DNA of 64,000 nt, taken from contig CM059432.1 of the NCBI GenBank assembly GCA_030390025.1, positions 6,820,001 through 6,884,000 of the forward strand. Reading direction: 5' to 3'. The stretch is from Squalus acanthias. Lineage: Eukaryota. Below, one piece after another: positions 35,473-48,104 of the stretch. The notes under the pieces were generated by a model. That model saw nothing but the letters and a program-made list of their open reading frames with translations. It had not been told where the DNA came from and searched no databases. Made by a program: the position numbers and the translations under genes. Each line of letters opens with the position of its first letter. Positions within the stretch are counted from its first letter, which is position 1.

Positions 35473-36839
35473 ACACACGTTTGCACCAGTTCCTGCGATG
35501 CCTCCGGAAATAACCTCAGCTCTCAGATAAAGTCTGTACCAAGCTTCCCCAAAACTCACATCCCTCTTCCAGACTCCTCCTGCTGCTTCCTTCCCACTCC
35601 GAGTACCCCCAGTCTCCACACAGATTTATTTAAAAGGGAGCAACTCCATATTTTTGTTCAGGAAAGAAAGGACGAGAAAAGGAGTGATACAGAGAGATAC
35701 TGAGATGATGAGAGAAAGTATGAGAGGCAGAGAATGAGCACATGAACAAAAAAGCGAAAAAAAAGTCAAAAGCAAAGGAAGTGTAACATAAACAATTAAA
35801 GAATGGGAAACAAGCAGCAAGAGAGACAGACAAATTTTTTTTTTTTTACTTGATGTCCACAACCAATGTTGTGGGAGATCAACTAACTGATTCGAACTAA
35901 CAAAACTGTTAGCCACAATCGAGGAGCTCTAGGTGATATCATAAACCACAAAAGCAGAATTTGAATGGTTCATGAAACTCATCAGACCCTGAAACGACGT
36001 TATAGGCCGTGACTCACTGCAGCCTGACTTTTAACTATACGTAATATAAAAAATAGACACTTACTGGGCAGTAGTGCAGTCTGAGCAAAGGTAGCTCGGG
36101 TCTTTATTGAAATAGACTTTCTGTTTAATGTGCTATTTCTGATTCAGATCCCCATCTACAAAAACTGTTATTTATTTGATCAAGACATTCCTCCTCTTAG
36201 AGATTTGCCATCAGTTGGCACTGTGAAGCCAGCATTTGGTCAGTGTGCAATAAGGGTGACGGCGAAAGTCTTTAAGTACAACAAACCATTTAACAAGGAA
36301 ACACAGTGTCACAGCAACATTTTCCAGTGTACCAAAATGTGAACTATTTGTCTTTTGTAATATTGGACCAACAGACCAGCACAATCAGATAGGTCGCTCA
36401 CAGCCATCTTTGAGCACATTCCTTTGAACAAAATTTGTGGCAGAAAGGTAAAACATCTGCTTCTCCTCAGTTATGAATGGATATCTCAGATATGAACTGC
36501 AAATTCAGTTTTGGCAATCAGATCACTTACCTGCAAGTTCTCAAACACTTGATGCGGGACTTGAAATTGGTCGTATTAACCATTTGCATGCTTACCGCAA
36601 TGAAGTACTTTTGAAGCGTAGTCACTGTTGTAATGTAGGAAACGCGGTCGTCAATTTGCGCACAGCAAGCTCCCAGAAACAGCAATGAGATAATGACCAG
36701 ATAATCTGGTAGCAGGTTTTATTACATCGGCCAACACATCAACCATTTTCCACCGGTAATGACGTTTTTTGAAGTCACTGTGATGTGAACAAATGTAGCA
36801 GCCATTTTTTGGCACGGCAATGAGAGGAATAATCTGTTT

Positions 36840-37132
36840 TTTTGCTGGTATTGCTTGAAGAGAAGAATGTTTGCTCGTGCACTCCGAGAACCCCATGCTC
36901 TCTCTTCACATGGTGTCCTGGGATCTACCTGAGCCACCAGAATGGGTGGGCACGACTTCGGTTTTATGTCTCAGCAGTCTCTCACGATTGCACTGGGTTT
37001 TCAGCCTAGATTATAAATTCTGTTCTGGGCTCAGGCTTCATGATCCAGATGCAGGAGTGCTACCAACTCAGTCAAGTTGACATTACGCCATGAGTTATGA
37101 TTGGCTGTCATAATGTCTTAACATCACTGTAA
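36840..37132. repeat. Local duplication, copy 1 (old SINE plus flank)
   Basis: Collinear with 39043-39340. Confidence 0.8.
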
Positions 37133-38393
37133 TCTCGATTTCTGATTTGTGTCCAAATATAATGATATAATACAGTCACCAGCTTGTTACAAGCCCTTTT
37201 GTTTGGGATTTGCGCATGAAAGTGGAAGCTTTTTCTCTTTTTAAATGCTCCATGGAGTATTTTTCTCACAATTGTGAAATGTTGAAAATGTATCCTTTGA
37301 AACGCAATAATACATGGGTACGTGCAAGATCAAATCAACTTTCTGTGACAAGTGGAATAATGTGCTCATGGACAGAATTCCTAATGTCAATAGGCAGTAT
37401 AGCTGCAAATTACCTGTCATTTGTGGTTTGTCAAGACCTAAACTAAAGAATGATTCCACGCTTGTCAAGCAACCCATATATAATCACTAACACTTCATGT
37501 ACTTTTACGCTACATGCTGTAGGTTGCCTGCAAAATTAAGTCAAGGTTCCTGTCTATAAATATGGTTTTATTTAGAGGACCTTGGTTTCTAGGTTTACTG
37601 TTGTAAATGTGAAATGTGGCAAGTGTTTAAATTAGTTTAATTGACATTGTAATTTTGCTTATCTCAGTTTGTCATTCACGGTGTAAACAAAAAACGTATT
37701 CTTTTAGAGTAATATTTAAAATTTTGGCTAAAGAGTACCAGCTTGCTAATCCGCAATAACGTAGAAGTCATCTCGGACAGCGCAGGTTTTTGCTTGTATT
37801 TGACAAATATGTAACATTATTTGAAGCGTTCTGCTTCAGATTTTTCATCAGATTTTTAGAATTTTCTGACCTTTGAGATGTATTAACAGCGCACTATAAA
37901 TCTGCAGTAAAACATCTTTACTATGCCTTACCAACAGTTTAAAAGCAAGTAAGTTGTTTAGTTTTCTGTCTGAGAATGTTTTAAATAGGCTGCAACCTGA
38001 TTGCTTGTTTGAGTTAGAGTAGATTGAAGCTGTAGATGAGATTAACTTTATGGATTTAAAGGCTCCATTCCATTTTTGCGGAGCGGAGATAAGCAGGAGG
38101 AGTGCTGTACCAGTGAATTTCAAATATTGTTTTTGGAAGTAAGCTTTGTAGGCATTGAACAAAATCCAGAATTAATTTTTATATACTGAGCACAGACAGA
38201 AAGCAAAGCAGTTTATATTAACAAAGACTAAAAGCTATAAAAACATTTTAGATTTTGGACAAAGAGCAAGCTACTTTTTAACTGCACAGTAGTTGTTTTC
38301 ACTTAGATTTGTGGAAAAATTATAATAGGAGAAAAATTCCCACACAACTCTGAAGATTTCTTTCAAAGTCATTGGTATAAGGTAAAAGTCAAT

Positions 38394-38936
38394 GGGGGAA
38401 AAATTGGGTCGCGCCCCCTTTGGGGCGCTAACTTCGCCGGGGCGCTACTTTTAGCGCCCCAAAAAAGTTAACACCCCCACGCCCGAAATTGAATGATAGC
38501 GCCCCAAGCAGGAGGAAGGGCAATACTGGTAGCGCTCCCATTGAATATCGCGGTACTACGGGCCTCCCTCCCCTGATTAAAGGGGTGGGGCCTAACGCAA
38601 CGCGCACCGGGGCCCTGCTGGACTACCAGCAAGCGGGGTGCAGGAGTGCCGGGCTGACCGATCGTGGCCGGCACCCCGCAGGGGGAGGTGAGAGGGGGCA
38701 GGTGCTGGCAGGCAGCCCCAAAAAAATATGGCCGCCTGGCACCTGCCCTTTAATTTGCGCCGCCGCAGCCGCAAACACAGCACCCTGACCCTGTTGGACA
38801 TAGCGTCCGGTGGTAGGTCAGGGGGTGCGAGCGGGGCAATGACACCATCGCCGGAGGCGGGGCGCTACCGCCCCCGCTGAATTTCACCTCCTCGGGGCGC
38901 TAACGGGAGGTGCAAAACAACCCAATTTTTCCCCCC
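38394..38936. mobile_element. GC-rich PIF/Harbinger-type MITE, second copy
   Basis: TIR gggggaaaaattgggt / acccaatttttccccc, flanked by aat/att. Confidence 0.78.
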
Positions 38937-39042
38937 ATTATAGATTGGTGACATTTTAATTTGCAGTCTCTCTCAAAATGACGTGCATTAATTTTAGGTA
39001 GTTGAGGACTAATTTTAGAATTCTGGTTAGATGTAGGTGCTA

Positions 39043-39340
39043 TTTTGCTGGTATTGTTTGAAGAGAAGAGTGTTTGCTGGGGCGCTGAGAGAACCCCATG
39101 CTCTCTCTCCGCATGGTGTCCTGGGAGCTTTAACATCCACCTGAGCCACCAGAATGGGCACGACTTCAGTTTAATGTCTCAGCAGTCTCTCTCAATTGCA
39201 CTGGAGTTTCAGCCTGGATTGTAAATTCTGGTCTGGGCTCAGGCTTTCTGATCCAGATGCAAGAGTGGTACCAACTCAGTCAAGTTGACATTACGTCATG
39301 AGTTATGATTGGCTGTCATAATGTCTTATCATCACTGTAA
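39043..39340. repeat. Local duplication, copy 2
   Basis: Collinear with 36840-37132. Confidence 0.8.
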
Positions 39341-40204
39341 GTGCTTTCTTTGCACAGTCCTGTTATGGCAGTCTGTGTTCCATAAATTCCAAGCATTTAA
39401 CTGTGCCAAAATAATTTGGTGATGGATGTCAGTTTTCAGCTGAGCTTTCGGGTAGAGCACCTTACCTTGCGGAACAAAAACTACAGCTGGGAGACGTACA
39501 ATAGGCCAGTCAGCACCTGTGCAGAGATGGTGGGGAAAGCGGTTGTTGGCTGTACGAGCGGGTCTGCTGCAAGTTCACCTTCAGTTAAAATAGCCTGTAC
39601 CTGAACTGGTGGTAGTCACGAAAGTTGGAAAAATCTGTTGGGATAGGCGTGTGTATGCTAAAACATTACGCAGGTCATATGTTATACTGAAGGCAGAACA
39701 TACTGTGAACCATTTGTCATACTAGTAAAGCGGAGAGCAGATTAATTTCTGCCATTACTCAACATCTAGCAAGATACATACCTAAGCAGCTAATTATATT
39801 CTACAAGCCACAATGTTATTTTAATAACAGATTTAAGATAATTGGCAAAAGAACGCGAGGGGAGCTGAGGAGACATTTTTTAATAAGTATGTTAACGATA
39901 TAGTCTATTATCCAATCGAGAGAGCATTTAATCCATTCAAATTAATACTGCTTATGGGAACACAGTGTACTAGAATTTATTGGTATACTTTAGAGGAGAA
40001 AGATTATAGAATGTAATTTAGGCCTGTCTCTGTTTTCCTCTTCTCCCAAGAATCAATTTTGGTCTCTGAAAACATATGGGGAAGATTTCTGCTGCTTGCC
40101 ATCAGTAACACGTTCGTTGTATACGCATTATAAGAACATAAGATATAGGAGCAGGATTAGGCCATATGGCTCCTTGAGCCTGCTTCGCCATTCAATAAGA
40201 TCAT

Positions 40205-42647
40205 AATGAGAAGTCGCACAACACCAGGTTATAGTCCAACAGATTTATTTAAAATTACAAGCTTTCGGAGCTATCGCCCCTTCCTCAGGTAGAGTTACAA
40301 TGAATGAATCTACAAAAGTTCACAGAATATTAACACAGAAACTGTAGAGATACAATCTTTCATCTTACATCAAAGACACACCAAGAGCACAGCCAAGACA
40401 ATGAGATGTGTCCCAGGGGGTCCAACGTGTCAAATCCTGATGTCTGCAGTGTTTTTTTTTTGTGTTTGTGTTTGTTTTTTATTTTTTTTAAACTGGAAAG
40501 ACAGACAACGATGTCAAGTCACGTTCTGTAGCGTGACATGAACCCGATATCCCTATTGAGGCCGTCCTCATGGGTGCGGAACTTGGCTATCAGTTTCTGC
40601 TCGATGATTTTGCGTTGTCGTGTGTCTCGAAGGCCGCCTTGGAGAACGCTAACCCGCAGATCCGAGGCTGAATGCCCTTGACTGCTGAAGTGTTCCCCGA
40701 CTGGGAGGTAACAATCCTGCCTGGCGATTGTTGCGCGGTGTCCGTTCATACGTTGTCTCAGTGTCTGCAGGGTCTCGCCGATGTACCATGCTCTGGGGCA
40801 TCCTTTCCTGCAACGTATCAGGTAGACAACGTTGGCTGAGTCACATGAGTATGTACCATGTACCTGGTGGGTAGTGTCCTCACGTGTGATGACGGTATCT
40901 GTGTTCATGATCTGGCATGTCTTGCAGAGGTTGCCGTGGCAGGGTTGTGTGGTGTCGTGGTCGCTGTTCTCCTGACAGCTGGGTAATTTGCTGCGAACGA
41001 TGGTACTTTTGAGGTTAGGCGGCTGCTTGAAGGCGAGTAGTGGAGGCGTGGGGATGGCCTTAGCAAGGTGTTCGTCGTCATCGATGACATGTTGAAGGCT
41101 GCGAAGAACATGGCGTAGTTTCTCCGCTCCGGGGAAGTACTGGACGACGTATGGTACTCTGTTGGTTGTGTCCCGTGTTCGCCTTCTGAGGAGGTCTATG
41201 CGGTTTTTCGCTGTGGCCTGTCGGAACTGTCGATCGACGAGTCGAGCGTCATATCCCGTTCTTACGAGGGCGTCTTTCAGTGTCCGTAGGTGTCCATCGC
41301 GTTCCTCCTCGTCTGAGCAGATCCTGTGTATTCGCAGGGCTTGTCCATAGGGGATGGCTTCTTTAACATGGTTAGGGTGGAAGCCGGAGAAGTGGAGCAT
41401 CGTGAGGTTGTCCGTGGGCTTGCGGTAGAGTGAAGTGCTGAGGCGTCCGTCTTTGATGGAGATTCGTGTGTCCAAGAATGAAACCGATTCTGAGGAGTAG
41501 TCCATGGTGAGTTTGATGGTGGGATGGAACCTGTTGATGCTATCGTGTAGTCCTTTCAGTGATCCTTCGCCGTGGGTCCAAAGGAAGAAGCGTGGTCCTG
41601 TGCAGCGAAGAAGTCTTGCTCGAACTTGTGCATGAAGATGTTGGCGTATTGGGGTGCGAATTTGGTCCCCATGGCTGTTCCGTGTGTTTGGGTAAAAAAC
41701 TGGTTGTTGAAGGTGAAGACATTGTGGTCAAGGATGAAGTGGATGAGTTGTAGGATGGCGTCTGGAGATTGGCTGTTGTTGGTGTTGAGTAGTGAGGCTG
41801 TCGCAGCGATGCCGTCATCGTGGGGGATATTGGTGTAGAGTGCCGATACGTCCATCGTGGCGAGGAGTGTTCCTGGTTCAACTGGTCCATGGGTGCTGAG
41901 TTTCTGCAAGAAGTCTGTAGTGTCGCGACAGAAGCTGGGGGTTCCCTGTATGATGGGTTTCAGGATGCCCTCGACGTACCCAGAGAGGTTCTCACACAGG
42001 GTTCCGTTGCCTGATACGATAGGACGTCCGGGTGTGTTGGCTTTGTGTATCTTTGGGAGGCAGTAAAAGTCTCCTACGCGGGGAGTACGTGGGATGAGAG
42101 CGCGTAGGTTGTTTTGAAGGTCTGGATCGAAGGTCTTGATCAGTTTATTGAGTTGGCGGGTGTGTTCTTTGGTCGGATCTGTGGGTAGCTGTCTGTAGTG
42201 TTCCTGGTTGTCCAGTTGTCGGTATGCTTCTTTGCAATAGTCTATTCTGTTCTGTATGACGATGGCTCCTCCTTTGTCCGCTGGTTTGATGACGATGTTC
42301 CGGTTGGTCTTGAGAGCGTGGATGGCGTTGCGTTGTGCTCGGGTGACATTCTGGACTGTCTTGTGAGTGCGGCTGATGAATCTGGCGTTGATGCATTTCC
42401 TGACAGCTTGAGCATACATGTCAAGCTTAGGGCAGCGACCCTCCGGAGGGGTCCAATTTGACTCTTTCTTCTTCGGTTGCTGCACTGCGGTTCCCTCTGT
42501 CTGCTGTTCCGGATCATTGATTGTCTCATTGGGTTTGTTGCTGACATCTTGGGATTTGTGGTAGTATTCCCGGATCCTCATTCTCCTGATGAATTCCTCT
42601 GTGTCTGCCGCGAGACCGATGGGGTCCATTTTGGTGGTGGGGCAGAA
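40205..42647 (-). mobile_element. Penelope-like element (RT + GIY-YIG endonuclease), 5'-truncated
   Basis: ORF 41556..42659 carries IKPADKGG, FYCLPKIHK, PGRPIVS, TMDVSALYTNI and GTAMGTKFAPQYANIFM. ORF 40519..41505 carries FLD, YRKPTD and NVVYLIRC...YIGET...RMNGHR (GIY-YIG). 12-bp TSD caataagatcat at 40193-40204 and 42648-42659. Confidence 0.95.
40256..40291 (-). ncRNA. Minimal hammerhead ribozyme motif in the PLE 3' end
   Basis: TAC-CTGAGGA-A-GGGGC(gata)GCTCC-GAAA-GC-T-T-GTA. Confidence 0.72.
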
Positions 42648-43220
42648 CAATAAGATCATGGCTGATCTTCGACCTCAACTCCACTTTCCTGCCCGATCCC
42701 ATATCCCTTGATTACCCTAGAGCCAAAAATCTCTCGATCTCAGCCTTGAATATACTCAACGACTGAGCATCCACAGCCCTCTGGGGCACAGAATTCCAAA
42801 GATTCACAACCCTCTGAGTGAAGAAATTCCTTCTCATCTCAGTCTTAAATGGCCTACCCCTTATCCTGAGACTATGCCCCCTGGTTCTAGACTCTCCAGC
42901 CAGGAGGAAACAGCCTCTCAGCATCTACCCTCTCAATCCCCCTCAAAATCTTGTGTTTCAATGAGATCTCCTCTCATTCTTCTAAACTCCAGAGAGTATC
43001 GGCTCAATCTCTCCTCATAGGACAACCCTCTCATCCCAGGGACCAATCTATTAATTACTGAACATCAATCAATTATTACTGAACAAGTGTGAAATTTTCA
43101 CTCGATGGAAAGACCAGATATTTTTATATTCCGCAAGGGTGCTCTGGTACTTTATCAAAGTGATAATAAATATGGACTGCTTTATGCAGCTGACAGTTGA
43201 AAAATGTGCACTCTACATAC

Positions 43221-45503
43221 TAGATACATAGATACATAGATACATAGATACATAGAAGATAGGAGCAGGAGTAGGCCATCCGGCCCTTCGAGCCTGCTCC
43301 GCCATTTAATGAGATCATGGCTGATCCTCCAATTCAGTATCCCGTCCCCGCCTTCTCTCCGTAACCCTTAACCCCTTTTGCCTGTAGAAATACATCTAAT
43401 TCCCTCTTAAATATATTTAATGAGCTGGCGTACACTGCCCTCTGTGGCAATGAGTTCCACAGGTTCACCACCCTCTGAGTGAAGAAATTCACCCTCATTT
43501 CTGTCCTAAATGGTTTAGCCCTTATCCTTAAATTATGTCCTCTAGTTCTGTTCTCACCCGCCAAGGGAAACATTCCTTCTGCATCTAGTCTGTCTAGACC
43601 TGTCAGAATTTTATACACTTCTATGAGGTCCCCTCTCAATCTTCTAAACTCCAGTGTGTACATCCCTAAACTACATAGTCTCTCCTCATAGGTCAATCCC
43701 GCCATTCCTGGTATCAGCCTGGTGAATCGCCGCTGCACCCCCTCCATGGCAAGAACATCTTTCCTCAGATGAGGCGACCAAAACTGTACACAGTACTCGA
43801 GGTGTGGTCTCACCAGTGCCCTGTACAGCTGCAGCAAGGTATCCCTGTTCCTGTATTCCAACCCTTTTGCTATGAAGGCCAGCATACCGTTTGCCTTCTT
43901 GATCGCCTGTTGCACCTGCATGCTCGCCTTCAGTGACTGGTGTACAAGAACACCCAGGTCTCTCTGTACTTCCCCCTCTCCCAATTTATTGCCATTTAAA
44001 TAATAATTTGCCCTCCCGTTCCTGCACCCAAGGTGGATAACTTCGCACTTGTCCACATTATAGTGCATCTGCCATTTATCCGCCCAATCACCCAGTCTGT
44101 CCAAATCGCTCTGGAGCTTCCTGGTCTCCTCCTCTGAGCCCACCCCCCCTCCTAGTTTAGTGTCGTCTGCAAATTTGGAAATGCTGCATCCGACTCCCTG
44201 ATCCAGGTCATTAATGTAAATTGTGAACAGCTGGGGACCCAGGACAGATCCCTGTGGTACCCCACTTGTTACTGCCTGCCATTCAGAAAATGAGCCGTTT
44301 ATTCCAACTCTCTGTTTTCTATCTGACAGCCAGTTCTCTATCCACGTCAATACTTTCCCCTTTATCCCATGAGCTTCAATTTTCCCTGCTAATCTTTTAT
44401 GTGGGACCTTATCGAAGGCCTTTTGGAAGTCCAGGTACACCACATCTACTGGCTCTCCCCCATCTATTTTACCAGTTACTCCCTCAAAAAATTCCAATAG
44501 ATTAGTCAAGCACGATTTACCCTTTGTAAATCCATGTTGACTCTGTCCTATCCTGTCCCCATTTGCTAAGTGCTCCGCTATTTCATCCTTAATGATGGAC
44601 TCCAGCATTTTGCCCACAACTGATGTAAGGCTTACAGGTCTGTAATTACCTGCTTTTTCCCTACCCCCCTTTTTGAATAGTGGGGTAACGTTAGCTACCC
44701 TCCAATCCATGGGCACTGTTCCCGAGTCTAATGAATTCTGAAAAATCATACTTAGTGCATCCGCTATCTCTAGGGCCACCTCCTTCAGCACCCTAGGATG
44801 CATGTTATCAGGCCCTGGGGATTTGTCCGCCTTCAATCCCTTTAGCTTCCTTAACACCATATCCTTAGAGATATTGACTTGCGTCAGTTCCTCCTTTGCA
44901 AATGTCCCTATTTTTCCCGATATCCCAGGGAGGTTTTTTGTGTCTTCCTTCGTAAAGACTGACCCAAAGTATGCATTTAGTTGGTCTGCCATTTCCTTAT
45001 TTCCCGTTATATATTCCCCCGTATCTGACTGCAATGGGCCAACTTTGGTTTTCACCAGTCTTTTCCTCTTGATATACTTATAAAAGCTTTTGGAGTTAGT
45101 TTTTATATTTTCCGCCAGCTTGCTTTCGTAAGCTATTTTGCCCCTCTTGATTAAGCCCTTTGTCCTCCTTTGCTCTATCTTAAACTGTTCCCAATCTTCC
45201 GCTCTGGCGCTTTTTTTGGCTATTTTATACGCCCTATCTTTGGATTTTATGCTGTCTCTAATTTCCCCTGTTATCCACGGTTGAGTCACCTTTTTAGATT
45301 TCCTTTTATGCCAGATTGGTATAAACAATTTTTGCAATTTTGTCATTCTATCTTTAAATGCTTGCCATTGTTTATCTACCTCCAGTCCTCCCAGGAACGT
45401 TGTCCAATCAGACCTACTCAGTTCCCGTCTAATGGCATCATAATTCCCCTTGTTTAAATTCAGGACCTTAGTATCTGAGTCAATTTCTTCGCTCTCCATT
45501 TCG
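43221..45503 (-). mobile_element. CR1 LINE, 5'-truncated, with an uninterrupted RT ORF (43334..45532, 732 aa)
   Basis: KSPGPD, NYRPVSLTS, QHGF, YLDFQKAFDKV, GVPQGSVLGP and KFADDTKL motifs. Octamer tail (tagataca)n at 43221-43255. No endonuclease domain present. Confidence 0.96.
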
Positions 45504-45589
45504 AGTGACTTGATACTGACTTCAAAATTCATACTGGTCCTGTAACTGGCTGGTGAAAGAATTTGGTTTGGGCTGTAAGCGCTCCTTTG

Positions 45590-46085
45590 CCTTCCTTGGA
45601 GCGGGTGCAGAGGAGATTTACTAGAATGGTACCAGGGATGAGGGACTTCAGTTATGTGGAGAGACTGAAGAAGCTGGGATCGTTCTTAGAGCAGAGAAGG
45701 TTAAGGGAAGCCTTAATGGAGGTGTTCAACATCATGAGGGGTTTTGGCAGTGTAGAAAAGGAGAAACTGTTTCTACTGGCAGGAGAGTTAGTAACCAGAG
45801 GACACAGATTTAAGATAATTGGCAAAAGAACGCAAGCGGGGGAGATGAGATTTTTTTAGACGGTGAGTTGTTGTGATTTGGAATGCCCTGCTTGAAAGGG
45901 CGTTGGAAACAGAGTCAATAGTAGCTTTCAAAAGGAAATCGGATACATACTTGAAAAGGAAAAATTTGCAAGGCTATTGGGAAGAGCAGGGGAGTGGGAC
46001 TAATTGGATAGCTCTGCCAAAGAGCCGGCACAGGCACAATGGGCTGAATTGCCTCCTTCTGTGTTGTATAATTCTATGATTCTGT
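45590..46085 (+). mobile_element. CR1 3' end
   Basis: LERVQRRFTRMVPGMRDFSYVERL...IWNALL. Confidence 0.88.
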
Positions 46086-46303
46086 GAATGTAATACGGGT
46101 AAAGGGTTTTTCTAGATGATGGTAGGTCACCTTTGAGGAGAGGTGGTGGACAGCTCCCAGGACCTGGAAGGTGTTCTGATTATGCTAACAGGTTTTTTTT
46201 TGCGGGAAATGAGCCCCACACTTACTGTGTCACTAGGGCATACTTAATGGGGAACAATGAAAGACCCATTTTATGCCACTCATAAGGAACACCTTCATTG
46301 CTT

Positions 46304-47187
46304 ACACATTCAACGGATCATCCTCCGCCATTTCCGCCACCTCCAGCGTGATCCCACCACCAAACACATCTTCCCCTCACCTCCCCTTTCAGCATTCCGA
46401 AGGGACCACTCCCTCTGCGACACCCTGGTCCACTCCTCTATCACCCCCAACACCCCTTCTCCTTCGCCCGGCACCTTCCCGTGCAAGCTGCTCACGATGC
46501 GGTCTCCTCCACATTGGGGAGACCAAACACAGATTGGGTGACCGCTTTGTGGAACACCTCCATTCAGTCCGTAAGGGGGACCCCGAGCTTCCGGTCGCCT
46601 GTCACTTTAATTCTCCGCTCCACTCCCACTCAGACCTCACCGAACTTGGCCTCTTACATTGTTCCACTGAAGCTCAACGTAAGCTCGAGGAACAGCACCT
46701 CATCTTTCGATTTGGCACTTTACAGCCTTCTGGACTCAACAGCCTTCTGGACTCAACATAGAGTTCAACAATTTTAGATCATAACCCCGGCCCTTATCAT
46801 TTTTTTTCCACACTTTTTTTTTGTATGTGTTTTGTTTTCTTCTCTCCCACATGGCAGCTGTCTTTCATTCTGCCAGCGCAATTTGCAATTCATCTAGAGT
46901 CATCCTTTGTTTCTTAACCTGTCCCATTACCATCTCCTTTTACCTTGAATATCTCTTAAGGTCTCTTAACCTCTCCTGCCTTCTACCCTATCACAGACCT
47001 TCCCTTTTGTTCTTTCATCCCCTCCCCCCTTTCCCAGCTCCTACACTTGCTTAAAAATCTGTTCCATTTCCTGCTTTTTTCCAGTTCTGACGAAAGGTCA
47101 TCGACCTGAAACGTTAACCCTGTTTCTCTCTTCACAGATGCTGCCTGACCTGCTGAGTATCTCTAGCATTTTCTGTTTTTATTTCAG
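46304..47187 (+). mobile_element. Penelope-like element, second family, 3' fragment
   Basis: HIQRIILRHFRHLQRDPTTKHIFPSPPLSAFRRD and CGLLHIGETKHRLGDRFVEHL...RKLEEQHLIFRFGTLQPSGLN (GIY-YIG C-terminal part), followed by a pLTR with a hammerhead. Confidence 0.88.
47084..47118 (+). ncRNA. Minimal hammerhead ribozyme motif
   Basis: GTT-CTGACGA-A-AGGTC(atc)GACCT-GAAA-CG-T-T-AAC, with palindromic ACGU at stem III. Confidence 0.78.
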
Positions 47188-47411
47188 CATCTTTCTCACT
47201 GTTGGAATGAGCTGAGTATTCTGCTTTTCCTATCTTGTATTTAAGATTTGATACAGCAGCTGTGAGCAGAAGAATAACTGAATGTGTGTGACTGTTTGAT
47301 TTATCAAACGGCCACCGATTGTCCCCTCTGCTCCTGGAGCTGAGCTGGCATTAGGAGCTCTTGCCTAAGGCTCGCTGTATAGCCAGGGCTCACTGATACC
47401 TGTCTAATGAC

Positions 47412-47800
47412 ATGGGAGACTTAATTGAGGTGTATAAAATTATGAAGGGCCTAGATAGAGTGAATAGGAAGGATCTATTTCCCTTAGCAGAGAGGTCGAT
47501 AACCAGGGGCACAGATTTAAAGTAATTGGTAGCAGGATTAGAGGGGAGTTGAGGAGAACTTTTTTCACCCAGAGGGTGGTGGGGGTCTGGAACTCACTGC
47601 CTGAAAGGGTGGTAGAGGCAGAAACCCACATCGCATTTAAAAAGTACTTGGATATGCACTTGAAGTGCTGTAACCTACAGGGCTACGGACCAAGAGCTGG
47701 AAAGTGGGATTAGGCTGGATAGCTCTTTTTCAAAGAGCCAGAACAGGCACGATGGGCCGAATGGCAGCCTCCCATGCTGTAAATGTCTACGATTCTATGT
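47412..47800 (+). mobile_element. CR1 3' end
   Basis: GDLIEVYKIMKGLDRV...FFTQRVVGVWNSLPERVVEA. Confidence 0.85.
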
Positions 47801-47817
47801 CTCACATTGCGAATGGT

Positions 47818-48104
47818 TAGAAACATAGAAACATAGAAACTAGGAGCAGGAGTAGGCCATTCGGCCCGTCGAGCCTGCTCCACCATTCAATACGATCATG
47901 GCTGATCATCCAAATCCAGTACCCTGTCCCTGCTTTCTCACACCGAATCCCCACATCGAGCCTGCACCTATCCCACCCTATCCCCGTAACCCCACGTATT
48001 TAATTCCCCTTAACATATCCCATCCCCCCACATATTTAATCCCCCCCTAACACGAAGTTCAATTTATCATAGCCAAATCAACCTAACCCGCACATTTTTG
48101 GACA
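47818..48104 (-). mobile_element. 5'-truncated HE1/V-SINE-like element with CR1-derived tail
   Basis: (aaacatag)n tail plus CR1 3'UTR, then aattta.cat.gccaa.tca.cctaacc.gcacat.tttggac, which resembles the recalled V-SINE body. Confidence 0.55.

Larger units (their letters stand above)
40131..43050 (-). mobile_element. CR1 3' end (40131-40204 plus 42660-43050) hosting the Penelope insertion
   Basis: The CR1 3'UTR continues seamlessly across the TSD; ORF 42712..42924. Confidence 0.88.

Noticed and set aside
40519..41505. Stand-alone GIY-YIG nuclease gene or domesticated gene
   Set aside because: It is the frameshifted C-terminal half of a TSD-flanked Penelope ORF inserted within a CR1 tail.
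43221..43256. Short tandem arrays (tagataca)n, (aaacatag)n, (tagaatca)n as CRISPR-like or satellite repeats
   Set aside because: They have no spacers and are the standard octamer 3' tails of CR1 elements.
47294..47309. gtttgatttatcaaac resembles the 3' end of miR-599, which lies in a mammalian VPS13B intron
   Set aside because: Only a 16-bp palindrome with no precursor-length hairpin or seed match. I saw no miR-875-like sequence in the window either.
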